From Eledone cirrhosa (taxonomy: Eukaryota): a stretch of DNA of 64,000 nucleotides. Under the pieces are notes generated by a model. That model was not told where the DNA came from. It searched no databases and saw nothing but the letters and a program-made list of their open reading frames with translations. Position 1 is the stretch's first letter. Each line of letters begins with the position of its first letter. The stretch spans positions 366,606,001 through 366,670,000 of the forward strand of contig OZ024741.1 in the NCBI GenBank assembly GCA_964016885.1, given 5' to 3'. A program made the position numbers and the translations under genes. Below are positions 47,839 through 61,682 of the stretch, piece by piece.

Positions 47839-48253
47839 AATACAAGTAATTTAGTGCGTTAGATTGGCCGAATCGCTGGAGTTAATGCTAACTTAACTAT
47901 CACTTGATCTTGCTGATAGAGTCTCTAAGTGATTTATTCATCTATTGTCTAAACCCGAAGTGGGGAATCTTTTTATGATGGAAAACCGCATTAAAATTGA
48001 TTGACATCCATTGAGGCCACATTTTTTTTTAAATGTACTATTTACTAGGAAACTTGGCATTTATTTGTTATTTACAGTTTTCTCTTCGGTAGATACTAAA
48101 GCCAATTAGTCGATAACTAAAGAATCGTGGTATATTAGCTTTGCCTTTGTTAATACCAACCATCTTCTTAATATTGATTTATCCACTCCAAGTCTCTTGA
48201 TACGACAATTTAACAATAATATTATATTGAAAACAAATTAATGTATATATGAG

Positions 48254-48342
<89 letters not shown>

Positions 48343-48349
<7 letters not shown>

Positions 48350-48722
48350 TTAAAACAATGAAATAAAAATTCAAGTCATTAGGAATATACTTCACTGCTT
48401 TACGATCGTTTCTAGGTGACGATAATACATCGTACGCATATTTTGTTATCGATCTATGTAAGGTTAGTTACAAAATATCAAATAAGGAATATATTTACCT
48501 ACGTGTATATCATCAGCCGTTGTCAAAAGCAATTGCTTTTGACAACGGTTGAGGATATACACGTAGGTAAATATATTCCTTATTTGATATTTTGTAACTA
48601 ACCTTACATAGATCGATAACAAAATATGCGTACGATGTATTATCGTCACCTAGAAACGATCGTAAAGCAGTGAAGTATATTTCTAATGACTTGAATTTTT
48701 ATTTCATTGTTTTAACTTATAT
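48343..48722. repeat. Spacerless 190-bp-arm palindrome with HHR-like cores
   Basis: Centre aagcaa|ttgctt at 48532/48533; 3 mismatches seen; ORF track gives near-identical peptides on both strands; minus strand CTGATGA...accta-GAAA-cgatcg-TA. Confidence 0.9.
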
Positions 48723-48851
48723 CATGACTCTGTTTTCCTTTTGATGTTTTATTGTTTTCCGAGTTTTACTTTAACCTACAACATTTTCAACATATGGATT
48801 ACATTGAGTTCTTCATGCAGACTAGACCCCACAACTAACCGTGGATATTTC

Positions 48852-48910
<59 letters not shown>

Positions 48911-48942
48911 TGAGCGGAACAAGCAAACATTAAACAATCTTT

Positions 48943-49360
48943 TAAATAAATTAAAATACAATTTAAATATTCACCTGTCCAAAATGCTATTACCGACGGT
49001 TTCGCTTCACAAAAGATTGGAAATTCAGAGAATTTCCAACGGAAAGATCAGCTCTTCAGATAGCTATTTCCATTCTATAGGACGTAAAGTCTCACAGTTT
49101 GTAAATATATCGCTTACTGCCAGATAGTATGAGGTCAGGCCGTTAAAGTGACCCACATATAAACAGGCCGTTAGTAAAAGCGGAAATATTATAGACGTGT
49201 TGTTTGCCACGCCACTAAAAATAGCTGCAACGTAATAGCATTTTGGACAGGTGAATATTTAAATCGTATTTTAATTTAATTTATTCAGATACGTCTCGAT
49301 TTTTCGAATCAGAGTTTCCAAAGATTTGGAAACTCTGCTTCGAAAATTCGAGACGTATCT

Positions 49361-49361
<1 letters not shown>
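48943..49361. repeat. Inverted-repeat element with HHR-like core and terminal 76-nt hairpin
   Basis: aaattaaaatacaatttaaatattcacctgtccaaaatgctatta mirrored at 49233-49280; minus strand CTGAAGA-gct...agc-GAAA-ccg-TC (49059 to 48995); hairpin cagatacgtctcga...tcgagacgtatctg at 49286-49361. Confidence 0.7.
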
Positions 49362-50246
<885 letters not shown>

Positions 50247-50518
50247 GTGGAGGCGCGTGGCCTAGTGGTAAGGGTGTTGGACTTGCGATCATAATGTCGT
50301 GGATTGTGTGTTGTGTTACTTAAGCAAAACACTTCATTTCACGTTGTCCAGTATTCTCAGCTGAAAATGAGTACCAGCAATAGTTGGGGGGTTTAAACCC
50401 GCCATGGACTGGCGTCATGTCCAGGGGGAGTTTTATACTTTCAGTCGCTTCACGCCATGGAACCAGGATAAGCACCAGCCAAATGAGCATTCTGGCTTAA
50501 GACAGACTTTAGACTTTA

Positions 50519-50551
<33 letters not shown>

Positions 50552-50661
50552 TGATTTGCTTCAATACAACATTATATATATATAGTTCAAAAGAACAAAC
50601 AAACGCAGGAGTCAATAGTACATAGTGTTATTAACTTCACGCTTGGTGAGATTGGGGGAGG

Positions 50662-50697
50662 TTTCGACGTTTCGGACATAAGTCTTTCATCAGGAAA
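50662..50697 (-). ncRNA. Minimal type-I hammerhead ribozyme (solo pLTR-like segment ~50585-51025)
   Basis: Minus strand tttc-CTGATGA-aa-gac-ttat-gtc-c-GAAA-cg-TC-gaaa; palindromic ACGT stem III. Confidence 0.75.
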
Positions 50698-51026
50698 GTA
50701 GAGAGGAACTCCGAGAGAGTAAAGAGGGAAGTTAACAGGAAGAACACGAAAGGACGAGGAAAATAAAGATAAAAATGAATAAAAACAGAATTTAAAAATA
50801 GTTAAAATGAAGGGGTGGGTGTACAGGTCCGGGATGGCAAGGGTGTAGTAGTGTGTATAGGGGTGGCCGTATCTCTAAATCGGAACCCATTGTTTTGTAC
50901 TGCATAGGGTAAAGAATAGCGTCGATAATTATATACAGATTTCCAACGGAACATGTACTAGTTTCACGCTCAAATGGGGCGAAAGAAATATGAAAAAAGA
51001 TTTTTGATATCGGAAGGGGATCACCG

Positions 51027-51059
<33 letters not shown>

Positions 51060-51258
51060 CACAAAGACATGGCAGCGTTTGCTTGCAGCGTAACAACTTA
51101 CCCAAATTTCTTCACATTTATATGTTAATATCTGATGATGTCACACCAGTGCCAGTTGCTGATGTAATGATTGCCTAACGACTATACACTGATGTCGCTG
51201 AAATTCGTATTATGCCATAAATATGATTATGTAACCATATCATCTATTTTAATAGACG

Positions 51259-51294
<36 letters not shown>

Positions 51295-51962
51295 TAATAA
51301 AACTCCTGTTTATTGACAGTCACTTAGTTATAGACTAGTAAGTGATAATGTTGTTCATATGTGCTTTGATGTATTCTCTCACTCTCTCTTTCCTTCTTTC
51401 TCTCCTGCACACACAGTGTTGACGAGACATATATCCACCCAAATTATGACAGCAAACCATATTTATATATATATATATATATATGGGTGTGTATGTGTGT
51501 GTGTGTACATGTGTATGTGCATGTATGAGTGTGCATTTGTGTAGATGTATGTGTTTTTGTCTTTCTTTACAACAACAACAAAGGCAACAATCCTTTAGAT
51601 GTTCAGTGGTATGCATTTATTTTTATTTGGACAATAAAACAGTACAGAATTGGTACTTTATTTATCTAAAAGCAAACTTTACTTTGGTGAGATTTAAACT
51701 TAAGGCAGTTAGCCGAAACAAAAAGCATTTTTAATCCGGTGCCTTAACGACTCTGCCGATTTACCACCATATGTAAACATAGTCGTAATATATATATTAT
51801 AATACATAGTGTTGGTTGGATTATCAACGAAACTAGCAGTTTCATATATTTTTATGAGAAGGCATGTGTTGACAAAAATTACATAGAACTTCTAATAATT
51901 GAGAACATGTACTGTTTCAACAAAAACTATGAAACTGCTAGTTTCTTGAATACCATGTACTG

Positions 51963-52054
<92 letters not shown>

Positions 52055-52705
52055 AGACAGACAGATAGAGGGAGAATGGTGAGGTGATATTTGTATGTGT
52101 ATAAGTTCGCATATTGGTATGTATATATTTTTGTATATATTTCTAGGTTTTTATTTACTCTTCACTACTGCTTGTGTGTTTTTGTTTTACTTTCTTCTTT
52201 TTCTTCTTTGCCCTTTCTTTCTTCCTTCTTCTCTTTTTCTTACAATATCTTTCAATTCTTTGATATCTAAAAAAAACAAATTTCAATAAGAAATGTTAAC
52301 CTACCTCTCTACAGCCAAACCTAACCCGTACCAGTTTAAATAAAACTGCTGTCGTCTGCGCACTGTTGAAATTGTTCCAGACATCTACCCGACATCTACA
52401 TCTACCACCCCAACAATCACACACTAACGTCAGTCACATAGAAATATACTGTGTTTATTTGGAAATAAGCCAAAATTATGTTAGACATATATCCCCTCCC
52501 AACCTTTACAACAAAACACCAACGTCTCATTGTTGGAACGTTTCCAAAGATCTACCCGAATCTTATGCCATAGTACTTACTATACTATGCAATAATAGTA
52601 GCTAGTTGACTATATCTACGGTAACTGCGCCAAAATCTACCCGCTGTGTTTCCATCGTTTGCAAAATATATTATGGTTAGTAAATCAGAGCCAAAATACA
52701 CACAG

Positions 52706-52778
<73 letters not shown>

Positions 52779-53014
52779 GACCCTATGCTGTTTCCTCATA
52801 TATATTTAATAGAACTTGTAATGAGTTATCTCCGACAACTGTTAGACTGTGCTACTATGTACATTATAAAATTATACGAAATATATATATATTTAAGTAA
52901 TAGGAAAAGAGTCTAGACTCCTACGGCTGAGCTACTCCCCTAAGTATCGAGTACTCTGGTGTTCTATATATTTAAGTATATACTTATATATATATTTATA
53001 TATATATATACATA

Positions 53015-53045
<31 letters not shown>

Positions 53046-53231
53046 GCAGTAAAATATTGATGTAATCCACATCGAGAACTCAACGCACATTTTCCACATA
53101 AGAATGACGGAGTATTTTAGAATAAGGAAATACAGGGGAACTGGCATTCGCTTGATGAACATCGTATATGTCCATTCCCTCGTCACTTTAATTTTAAATT
53201 ACCTCCTCATTGTAACCTTATTATGTAAGAA

Positions 53232-53309
53232 GCTGTCTGATGAGATCATGGCACTGGGTACTACGCAGAATCGCGTGGCCACTGTCGTAATCGAAATATG
53301 TATCACAGC
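53232..53309 (+). ncRNA. Intact type-I hammerhead ribozyme in a ~310-bp TA-flanked non-coding element (53045-53360)
   Basis: gctgt-CTGATGA-gat-catggca...tgtcgta-atc-GAAA-tatgta-TC-acagc, followed by AATAAA at ~53316. Confidence 0.8.
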
Positions 53310-53355
53310 CTCATCAATAAAGGACTTTAACATCTAAACTGCTTTATATTTCCTT

Positions 53356-53415
<60 letters not shown>

Positions 53416-54012
53416 GGGGTGTACGTATGTATATATATATGTGCGTGTGTGTATATATACATGCATTTTATATATATGTGTGTGTGTGTGTGAGAGCGTG
53501 TGTATATGTGAGTGTGTGTGAGTGTGTGTATATGTGAGTGTGTGTGTGTGTGTGAGTGTGTGTATATGTGAGTGTGTGTGTGTGTGTAGCATGTAGAGAA
53601 TATCTCGAAGATAGAAACTATGTTAATAGTTAGTCACTATATATAATAGCCTAAAATATCAGATAGATACCCAAGCAGACGGAGAAAATTATTTATGGTG
53701 ATCAACTATTATTATAGTTATTTAGAGCAGTGGATTGGCAGTATCGGTAGAGAGTCGGACGCCATGCTTTCCAGCATAGTTACGTCCCTTTACGGACTGA
53801 GTTCAAATCCCGCCGAGGTTAACTTTGCCTTTCATCCTTTCGTGGTCTATAAAATAAAGTACCAGCAATACACTGGGTAATTGCTGGCCTTGTGCCAAAA
53901 GTAGAGACAATTATAGTTATTTATGTTGAGACGACTACATTTTCAAATTTCAAATTTCTCACCGTTTCGTAACTCAACCGTAAGTGATTATTTTCTCTCT
54001 TTACTTTTTCAG

Positions 54013-54162
54013 GATAAGAAATATTTAATAAGTGTCCTGGTACCAATTGGTGTAGGGATTGCTGGAGCCGTAATATTTGTTGTGGCAGCCTATGTCACAA
54101 GATCATGTCGTGGTTCACCCCAAACATTTATTCCGACCGTTGGAACGGATCTGTTTTTGCAG
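54013..54162 (+). CDS. Candidate exon encoding a transmembrane helix of a single-pass membrane protein
   Basis: tctctctttactttttcAG acceptor, CAG|GTAATA donor, 150 nt phase 0-0; DKKYLISVLVPIGVGIAGAVIFVVAAYVTRSCRGSPQTFIPTVGTDLFLQ has a ~23 aa hydrophobic helix followed by basic residues. Confidence 0.7.
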
Positions 54163-54375
54163 GTAATATATTTGTAATATCTTCATTTATCATGTGTATG
54201 TGCGTATGTGTGTGTGTGTGTGCATGTGTGCGTATGTGTATATGTGTATGTGTAATTTGTATGTATGTGTGTGAATGCATATATAGGGTGTTCCCAAAAA
54301 ATGCATACATACTTCAACTAAAAGGCAGAGTTAAACACTCATATTAATACTCTGCAATTAATAAGCTCTAAGTAT

Positions 54376-57137
54376 TGGGGTGTTCCAGAATCCCACATTT
54401 TACACAAAAGTGTTTTTTTTTTTCTTTGCTCCCTATGCATTTTCTCATGCCATTTTGTATATTATCAATTTATAATGTAATTTTGATTATTTCATACTAA
54501 TTTAAGTCTTGCCTAAAAGTTGCAAATTGGCAGAATAATGGCGGAAACCAGTGGGCCTAGTTGTAGCTACTCGCTCCGTTGTGATGATCGAGAAATATGG
54601 CTCCTGGGGCAATATGTTACATCCTTTTCATATAAAAAATACCTACAAAGAGGGATGTTCTAAGATATTTCTTCTACCTGAAAGATGGTCCTATGAAACA
54701 CGAAAAGCATGTGAGCTTCAATGGTGCTATTGCGGATAGGCTTGTGATGGAAGTAGTTAGTCAGTGGGGAAAAGCTGGTGTGGCGACTCAACGAAAAGAC
54801 AAAGTGAAACTGAAAATTATGAACATGTACAGTGAATACAGAAATTTACAAAAAAACAAAGGTTCTAAGTCAAACAAAGAAAAGGAAGCACTATTTATTT
54901 CTGAATTGGATTCGTATTTCTACATTGCTCATACTGATGCTGAAAAGAAAATTTTGAAAGACCGTCTTCGTAATAATGAACAGAAATATGGAAGATGCTA
55001 CATTTCTCGAAGCCCTGAGTTGCCAGAAAAAAGTATCTCTGGGTGCTGAAGACAAGGGTTATCAGAAAAAGGTATCTTCAAAGTTTAAGCGTGATCAGGT
55101 TCCTGTGGCTCGTCAGAGAACCATACAAAGCGTTTGTCAGCATCTGTAGCAGTACAACTTCCACGTAATGAACTAAGTGATTCAAGTTCAACCAATGATG
55201 AAACTGAAGATGAACAGGATCCTGAATTTCAGGCCTCAAACCCACCCAGAGACAGCTCAAAGTCAGACGAGAAACGAAAAATGCAGCTGGAACTCCCAAA
55301 GAATCCATTTCAAAGTCCAAAGATTTCTCTAATGGCTGATCGTTTAAACCTGACACTGGGCCAGAGAACAGCATTTATGGTATCGTTTATTTCTGAGGGT
55401 GGGATTGACATAGACGCCACAACTCTCTCCAAGAATAGTAGCAGACGTGCAGCTAAGAAGATCAGAACTGTGGGGGCTGAACACATAAAGGAACAATTTG
55501 CTGTACCAGACTTTGTTACCTTGCATTGGGATGGCAAAATAATTCACGGTGACCACGACAGACTAGGTGTGCTAGTTGCTGGAACTCCGGACTTCAGAGA
55601 AGGTAAATTCCTCGGTGTTCCCATAATTCCTGATGGCACTGGAACCACCCAAGCCAAAGCATCATTTGATCTTGTTAAAGATTGGAATGTTGATGGGTCT
55701 GTGGTGGGCCTGGTCTTCGACACAACTGCTTCGAATTCTGGATGGAAAAATGGTGCCTGCGTGAAACTAGAAGAGATGCTCAACAAAAAGGTGTTTTATT
55801 TTGCTTTTCGGCACCATGTCATGGAGCGTATCTTGTGTGCAGTGTGGCAACAACTATTCGGAGCAATGTCCAGTCCAGACACCCCAAGGAGTTCAAAAAA
55901 GATTGGGTGTCAGTCACGGACAAGACCAACTTTAAAACATTGAACAGTGTCGACGGGAGACTCAAGCGTCTGAGTTCCTCCAAGATTTGCTGACATCCGA
56001 CGATGGGAAAATGAGTTCTCTTCCACGGGACGACTACCGAGAATGTGCCGAGTTGATGTTGATCCTGCTTGGTGTCACCCCTCCTCGTGGAATTCATTGG
56101 ATGTTTCCTGGTGCACATCATAATGCTCGGTAGATGTCCACAATCATCTATAGTGCAAAGATGTATGCATTTGGTGAGCGACTCAATTACGATCAAGCTA
56201 AAATGGAAAAGTTGCGCCGGATCTGTATGTTCAAATCTCTGTTCTACGTGCGATACTGGCTAACAGCAGTCAAGTGTGTTGATGCACCATCCAGTGACCT
56301 TCAATTCTACATGGAGTTGACACAGTACAGTAAGGTTGATAGAGATCTCTCACAGGCAGCCACTATTGCTCTTAGCAGGCATCTTTGGTACCTGACGGAG
56401 GAAGCCATTCCGCTAGCGCTGTTTTCAAGTCGGGTCCAAGAGTCCGAGAAGAAACAAATAGCCCAACCTCTTGTCAAAACGAAAACGTCTGGGCCTCTCG
56501 ACCGTGGTGCTCCAGTATTTCCCGAGTTGAAGTCGTCCACGAAGCTGCCTCATCTAATTGGGAAGAAATCAAGGCTTCTGTTCGATCTCCTTGGTCTCGA
56601 CGATACTTGGCTTGAACTGTCACCTGTAACTTGGTCATCACAAGCGTCATATCAAAATGCCTGTGATGTTGTTCACAATATCAAGGTAGTCAACGATCTG
56701 GCGGAGAGAGCAGTCAAGTTGATAATTGATTTTGTTGCCATCACCAAGAATGAGGAGGAGAAGCAGTGTGTTCTTCAAGTAGTCGAAGCTCATCGTCGCA
56801 AGGTCCCGGATTTCAAAAAAGAAACTCTGAAAAATATGACTGGAGTTAACTTAACTGAACTTGTCTCTTCCTTGTACGCCTTTATATTCAAAGCTGGTTT
56901 ACTAAATATAATGGATTAATAAAATAAACAATTATTGTATGGTCATATTTGATTTCACATTTTCATGATTTCATGCAACATAATCACACTTTCCACTATA
57001 ATCACCATGATATGGGCAAGGCTCAAAATAATTTATTTTATACAAAATATGTTTTATTTTACTAATTGGGGCATTTATAATGGGAAAATATACAGGGAGC
57101 GTTAGTATTGTGACCTTGCTTTGTATGGCACACTCTA
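54376..57137 (+). mobile_element. hAT-superfamily (hATm-like) DNA transposon, full length, transposase disrupted
   Basis: Exact 8-bp TSD CTAAGTAT (54368-54375, 57138-57145); TIRs tggggtgttcca / tggcacactcta; subterminal ctccctatgcattttctcat mirrored; motifs HWDGK, FDTTASNSG..GAC, RHH, PGAHHNAR, HLWYL, VVNDLAERAVK. Confidence 0.9.
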
Positions 57138-57248
57138 CTAAGTATAAAAACCGAGCATTTTATATATATAGAAATAAACACAGTAAAATATGTTTAAAAT
57201 TACGAGGGGTGAAAGACCACCTTAGTATGACCGTTTCAATAACTATTA

Positions 57249-57335
57249 ATCTCCTGGACAGATTACAGAAGCAATCTCTTTCGGCTTTAAACTTGTGAAT
57301 GTAACAGATAATCCGAAGGTTTCTCAGCAGGAGAT
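57249..57335 (-). ncRNA. Homolog of the 18762 hammerhead with a one-base core deletion
   Basis: Minus strand atctcctg-CTGAGA-aacc...agcc-GAA-agagattgc-ttct-gtaatctgt-C-caggagat; lies between inverted arms 57168-57229 and 57453-57516. Confidence 0.65.
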
Positions 57336-58318
57336 AGGATTATACGCGACAAATACCTAAGGTAAAGTAGGTAACTAAATAACACACGGTTTGTACATTT
57401 TAATTCATTTTTTTATCTTGTATTTTCTGTTTGTTTCATAGATTATATTTGGCATACCAAGGTGGTCTTTCAGCCCTCGTAATTTTAAACACACATTTTA
57501 CTGTGTTTATTTCTATCTATTTCATACTTCAACAGCATTCTAATCAATATCGCCTGTACAGGTAATCAAAGTGTGTATATATTTTGGGGGGACATCCTGT
57601 ATGTATGTGTGCATATGCGCATACTTGGTATGTATGATATAGAGAAAGATACATAAACCATACTGTGCTAAAGAATATACAGTTTGTTATCAAAGCAGCA
57701 CTAACGTATAGACAGATGTAAACATCTTGTGTTGATATACAATATTTGTTGCGGACAACATTATTTATTCAGACCCTTTATGTTCTGAGTTCGTATCTGA
57801 CCGAGGTCAACTATTTCGACGCTAAAAAATTAAACGCCTGGGTATCTATTCTATCCTATCAGAAAATCCAGATACGGTATAGCCGAATGATGAAGAAGTC
57901 GCTTCGCAATCATTAGATACCGGATTCTATCATCATAGTCAAGCGTCATTTTCCACAACCTTGTGCCGACCTATGCCTTATGAGTGACATTGAGTAGACG
58001 GAAACTGTTCGGAAGCCCTTCGGATGGACTGTACCTGTAATTCAAAGGAGTAGCCTTGGATACAAAATGCGTCACGTTCAATCTCTCTGTGAATTACGTT
58101 AAGACTACACGTTGGTAGGTTGTTCTATTGTTCGAGCAATTGGAACACTCATTGTCGAAACCGACAGAAAACAATTCCAAGAACATTACAAGCACAACTG
58201 CCATCGTAAACAGCATTTATAACAAGGATACCCAAAGCTGGTGTTAACGACCAGTTCAATAAGCCGCCACCACCCTACCGGTCACGGTTTTCCCATTTTT
58301 ACCTCTTCATGTCTACAG

Positions 58319-58343
58319 GATTCCTTCCTTGTCACTCAACAAT
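58319..58343 (+). CDS. Possible 25-nt micro-exon of the same host gene
   Basis: ttttcccatttttacctcttcatgtctacAG acceptor, AAT|GTAAGG donor; phase 0 start is compatible with the previous exon (DSFLVTQQ). Confidence 0.35.
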
Positions 58344-59599
58344 GTAAGGTTTTGTTTGATTCTGAAATTTTATGAATGGAGTATTATGTAGGGAAGGTCT
58401 CAAAAATGTTGTTTTACTAATGTAATTTGAACTGGATGTTCTATGTCATAGGTGACTAATTGGCAGAGTCATTAGAATGTCCGATAGAATATTTTATGGT
58501 ATTCGTTCCAGCTCTCTGCTCTCTGAGTTCAAATCCCACCGAGGTCAACTTTGCCTTTCATTCTTTCGAGGTCGATAAAACAAGTATCAGTCTAGTACTG
58601 GGGTAGATTCTTCCTCTAAATCTCTTTCTCATTTCCTCTCTCCCTTCCTATCTTTCTCTCGAAGAAATCTGCTGCACTCAGGCCTGGAGAGGGATGGGCT
58701 CTGTCAGGCTTAAAATGCCAAGAAACGCCGTATGTCAATACGGCACCCCTACGACTCTGTCGGGAATTATGGGACCATATATACATACTCTATGTCAAGG
58801 TTGCGTAAAGTTGCTTGACGAGACTGCCCAAAAGGTTGATTGAACTTTCGGATCAAAACATTTGTATAAGAAATTAAAATATATAAATTAATACAATAAG
58901 ATACAACTTGTTTATACAGATTTTTGGTTTACATACAATTAGTCTTAATTGTCTATTTATTTTATTTTCTGTTTACCGATTTATTTATTTACTTATTTAT
59001 TTTTGTTCATACCTGGTATGGATAGGGGGTCAAGGATATCGAGAAATGCTCTATGAAGGGTCAAATATTCTATTAAAAATAAGTTGATGATCTAAAACGT
59101 TTGGGAATCCCTGATCTAGACCATCACTATGACATTTAAAACACCCACTACCGTTACTATTATGAACATAGTATGGCCGATAACTTAAGAGGTTTTCTTC
59201 GCAATCGCAACGTCTCGGGTTCGATGCTACTGCGTGGTGTCTTAAGAAAACTCCTCTTACCAGAGCCACGCATTGACCTTGGTGGTGAAATAGAATACTC
59301 AGAAATTGTTTGGAAGTCTGTTGGGAGGATTGTGCGTGTAATTCAAAGGTGCCCCCTTCTTACACATTGTGCCACACAGGTCTGTATGAGAAAGGTGCCC
59401 CCTTCTTACACATTGCGCCACACAGGTCTGTATGAGAATTACGTTACAGGGGCACATTTTTGTAAAATACTCAGTCTATTACAATATAATTCATTTTTAC
59501 CATTACTATTGTGTTCGCCATCGTCATGGAAACCAGCACACCACAGCAACAACCATTGTCAACACCACGATTATGAATGATATCGCTTTTTTTTTTTAA

Positions 59600-60296
59600 A
59601 TCATCGTCATTACCACCAACACCACCATCATTACCACCACCATCATTACCACCACCACCACCACCATCACTACCACTACCATCAACACCACCACCATCAC
59701 CACCACCACCATCATTACCACCATCATTACCACCACCATCACTACCACCATTATTACCACCACCATCACCATCACTACCACCACCATTACCACCACCATT
59801 ACCACCACCATTACCACCACCATCACCATCACTACCACCATTATTACCACCACCATCACCATCACTACCACCACCATTACCACCACCATTACCACCACCA
59901 TTACCACCACCATCACCATCACTACCACCATTATTACCACCACCATCACCATCACTACCACCACCATTATCCCCACCACCACCATTATCCCCACCACCAC
60001 CAGTATCACCACCATCATCCCCACCATTATTACCATCACCACCATTATCCTATCCCCACCATCACCACCATCACAACCACCATTATCCCCACCACCACCA
60101 CCACCAGTATCGCCACCATCATCCCCACCATCACCACCACCATTATTACTATCACCACCATTATCCCCACCACCACCACCGCCAGTATCACTACCATCAC
60201 CACCACCATTATTACCATCACCATCATTATCACCACCACCACCACCAGTATCACTACCATCATCCCCACCATCACCACCACCACCATCACCACCAA
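59600..60296. repeat. (CAC/CAT/TAC)n low-complexity array with 90-bp higher-order period
   Basis: ctaccaccattattaccac recurs at ~59742, 59832 and 59922. Confidence 0.85.
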
Positions 60297-60689
60297 ACAT
60301 ATGAGCTATAAACTGATTGGTGTGTCTGTTGACTGTATTATTAAAAATAATCGATTTCCTTTAATCATTACTAGTCGACAATCGATATATATATATATCT
60401 TTTTTTTTTACATTATATTTTTATTTTACACTATTTCTTTATGTGTTTATTTTACTGAATTCGATTCTATATTATTTTATATTATTCTATATTATTTTAT
60501 ATTATTTTATATTATTTTATATTCTGTAAAAATGAGGGAGAATCTATCTGCTAACGATTCTGCCAATAGTCAATAACATTCAGAAGAGCGCCATCTTAAT
60601 TAAACTTTGCATAAAGTCATCCAACGGTTATATGATGCTGCTGACGGTGTCAAGTCGTAAATATTAACCACATTGAATATAGCTTTTCT

Positions 60690-61682
60690 ATAATAATAAT
60701 AGCAATAATAATAACGATTTCTTTATTAACCACAAGGGTTTACATAAAGTAGACATTAAGGACAGTGCAGGACAATGCAGGACGGTACAAATGGGCATTT
60801 CTGCGTGTAAAAAAACAAAAACAGAGGATGTAACAAAAATAACAATGAAAATAACAATGAAAAATTCCCCAATAGGGGGGAGACTTCGGAGGGACATTTG
60901 TGGAGAAAGCCCAGTAAAAAGCCACAATGACCCTGACCACCAAGGCAAGTGCCCTCTCCCAGTTTTCCACCTTTAGTTTACAGATATATACTCAGAGTCG
61001 GCCCATTCACTCGGGCCATTCTTGCTTCTCTCACCCATCTTTCAACAAAATGCTGGGAAGAGAGCACTTCCTTCTCTACTCTGATTTTCCTTTTCAAATG
61101 AAATTTGAAAAAGTCAATCAGAGCATCACCGAAGAGGTAAGTGCTCGTCTTCAGCCCTTTCAAACGTGTCCACCATACTATCTCTTTCGCCATGGCCACC
61201 AGACAGATAAAAACTGCCTGCCCTTCCCGGCTAAAGGAGGAGGGCGGGGCAATCCTCACGATAGACTCAGATGATAGCTGGATCCGTCCTAAACGCGACA
61301 GCAGGTGTTCGACATAAACCCACAAGTCAGCAATTTTCGGACACTGGACGAGTGCGTGCAGGACGGTTTCGTCGCCCTGCGCGCATCTCGGACATGCCCG
61401 GCTGACGGCACCTCCATGCCTGTAGAGTTTATCCCGAACTGGCAAGGCTCCTCGGTAGCACTGCCAGGCCAGAGATTTCTGGAAGTTGTCCATAGGCCCT
61501 GGCCCGAAAGTTCTTCCGAAGAGATTGGCTAGTTGATTTTCGTCGACGCCTAGAGTTTCCCCAAGTACGTCGTCGCTCTTCCCCTCCACTAATCCTCTAT
61601 AGAACGCCGAGGTGGAGTTTCCACCGATCACATTGCCCGATTGGTCGAGGGCTGTGAGCGCCTGAAGACATTCCAGTCTCCC
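60690..61682 (-). mobile_element. 5'-truncated L1/Tx1 copy: zf-RVT C-terminus, 3' UTR and (ATT)n tail
   Basis: ORF 60978-61631 LAWQCYRGALPVRDKL..CPRC..DETVLHALVQC; overlaps ~40 bp of homology with the end of the 34172 copy; terminus cccttgtggttaataaagaaatcg(tta)n. Confidence 0.88.

Larger units (their letters stand above)
54285..57600. mobile_element. Tc1/mariner-type MITE split by nested insertions
   Basis: tagggtgttcccaaaaaatgcatacatactt versus the reverse complement of the right end, caggatgtccccccaaaatatatacacactt; TA flanks. Confidence 0.55.

Noticed and set aside
51128-51215. CTGATGA...GAAA hammerhead-like motif
   Set aside because: Stems I and II do not pair at the core junctions; at best a decayed copy.
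59345-59436. 46-bp direct tandem duplication
   Set aside because: Simple local duplication inside a decayed SINE; no further structure.
59577-60311. 244-aa poly-Pro/poly-His ORF and antisense Gly/Val-rich ORFs
   Set aside because: Trinucleotide low-complexity repeat open in several frames; no splice or domain support.
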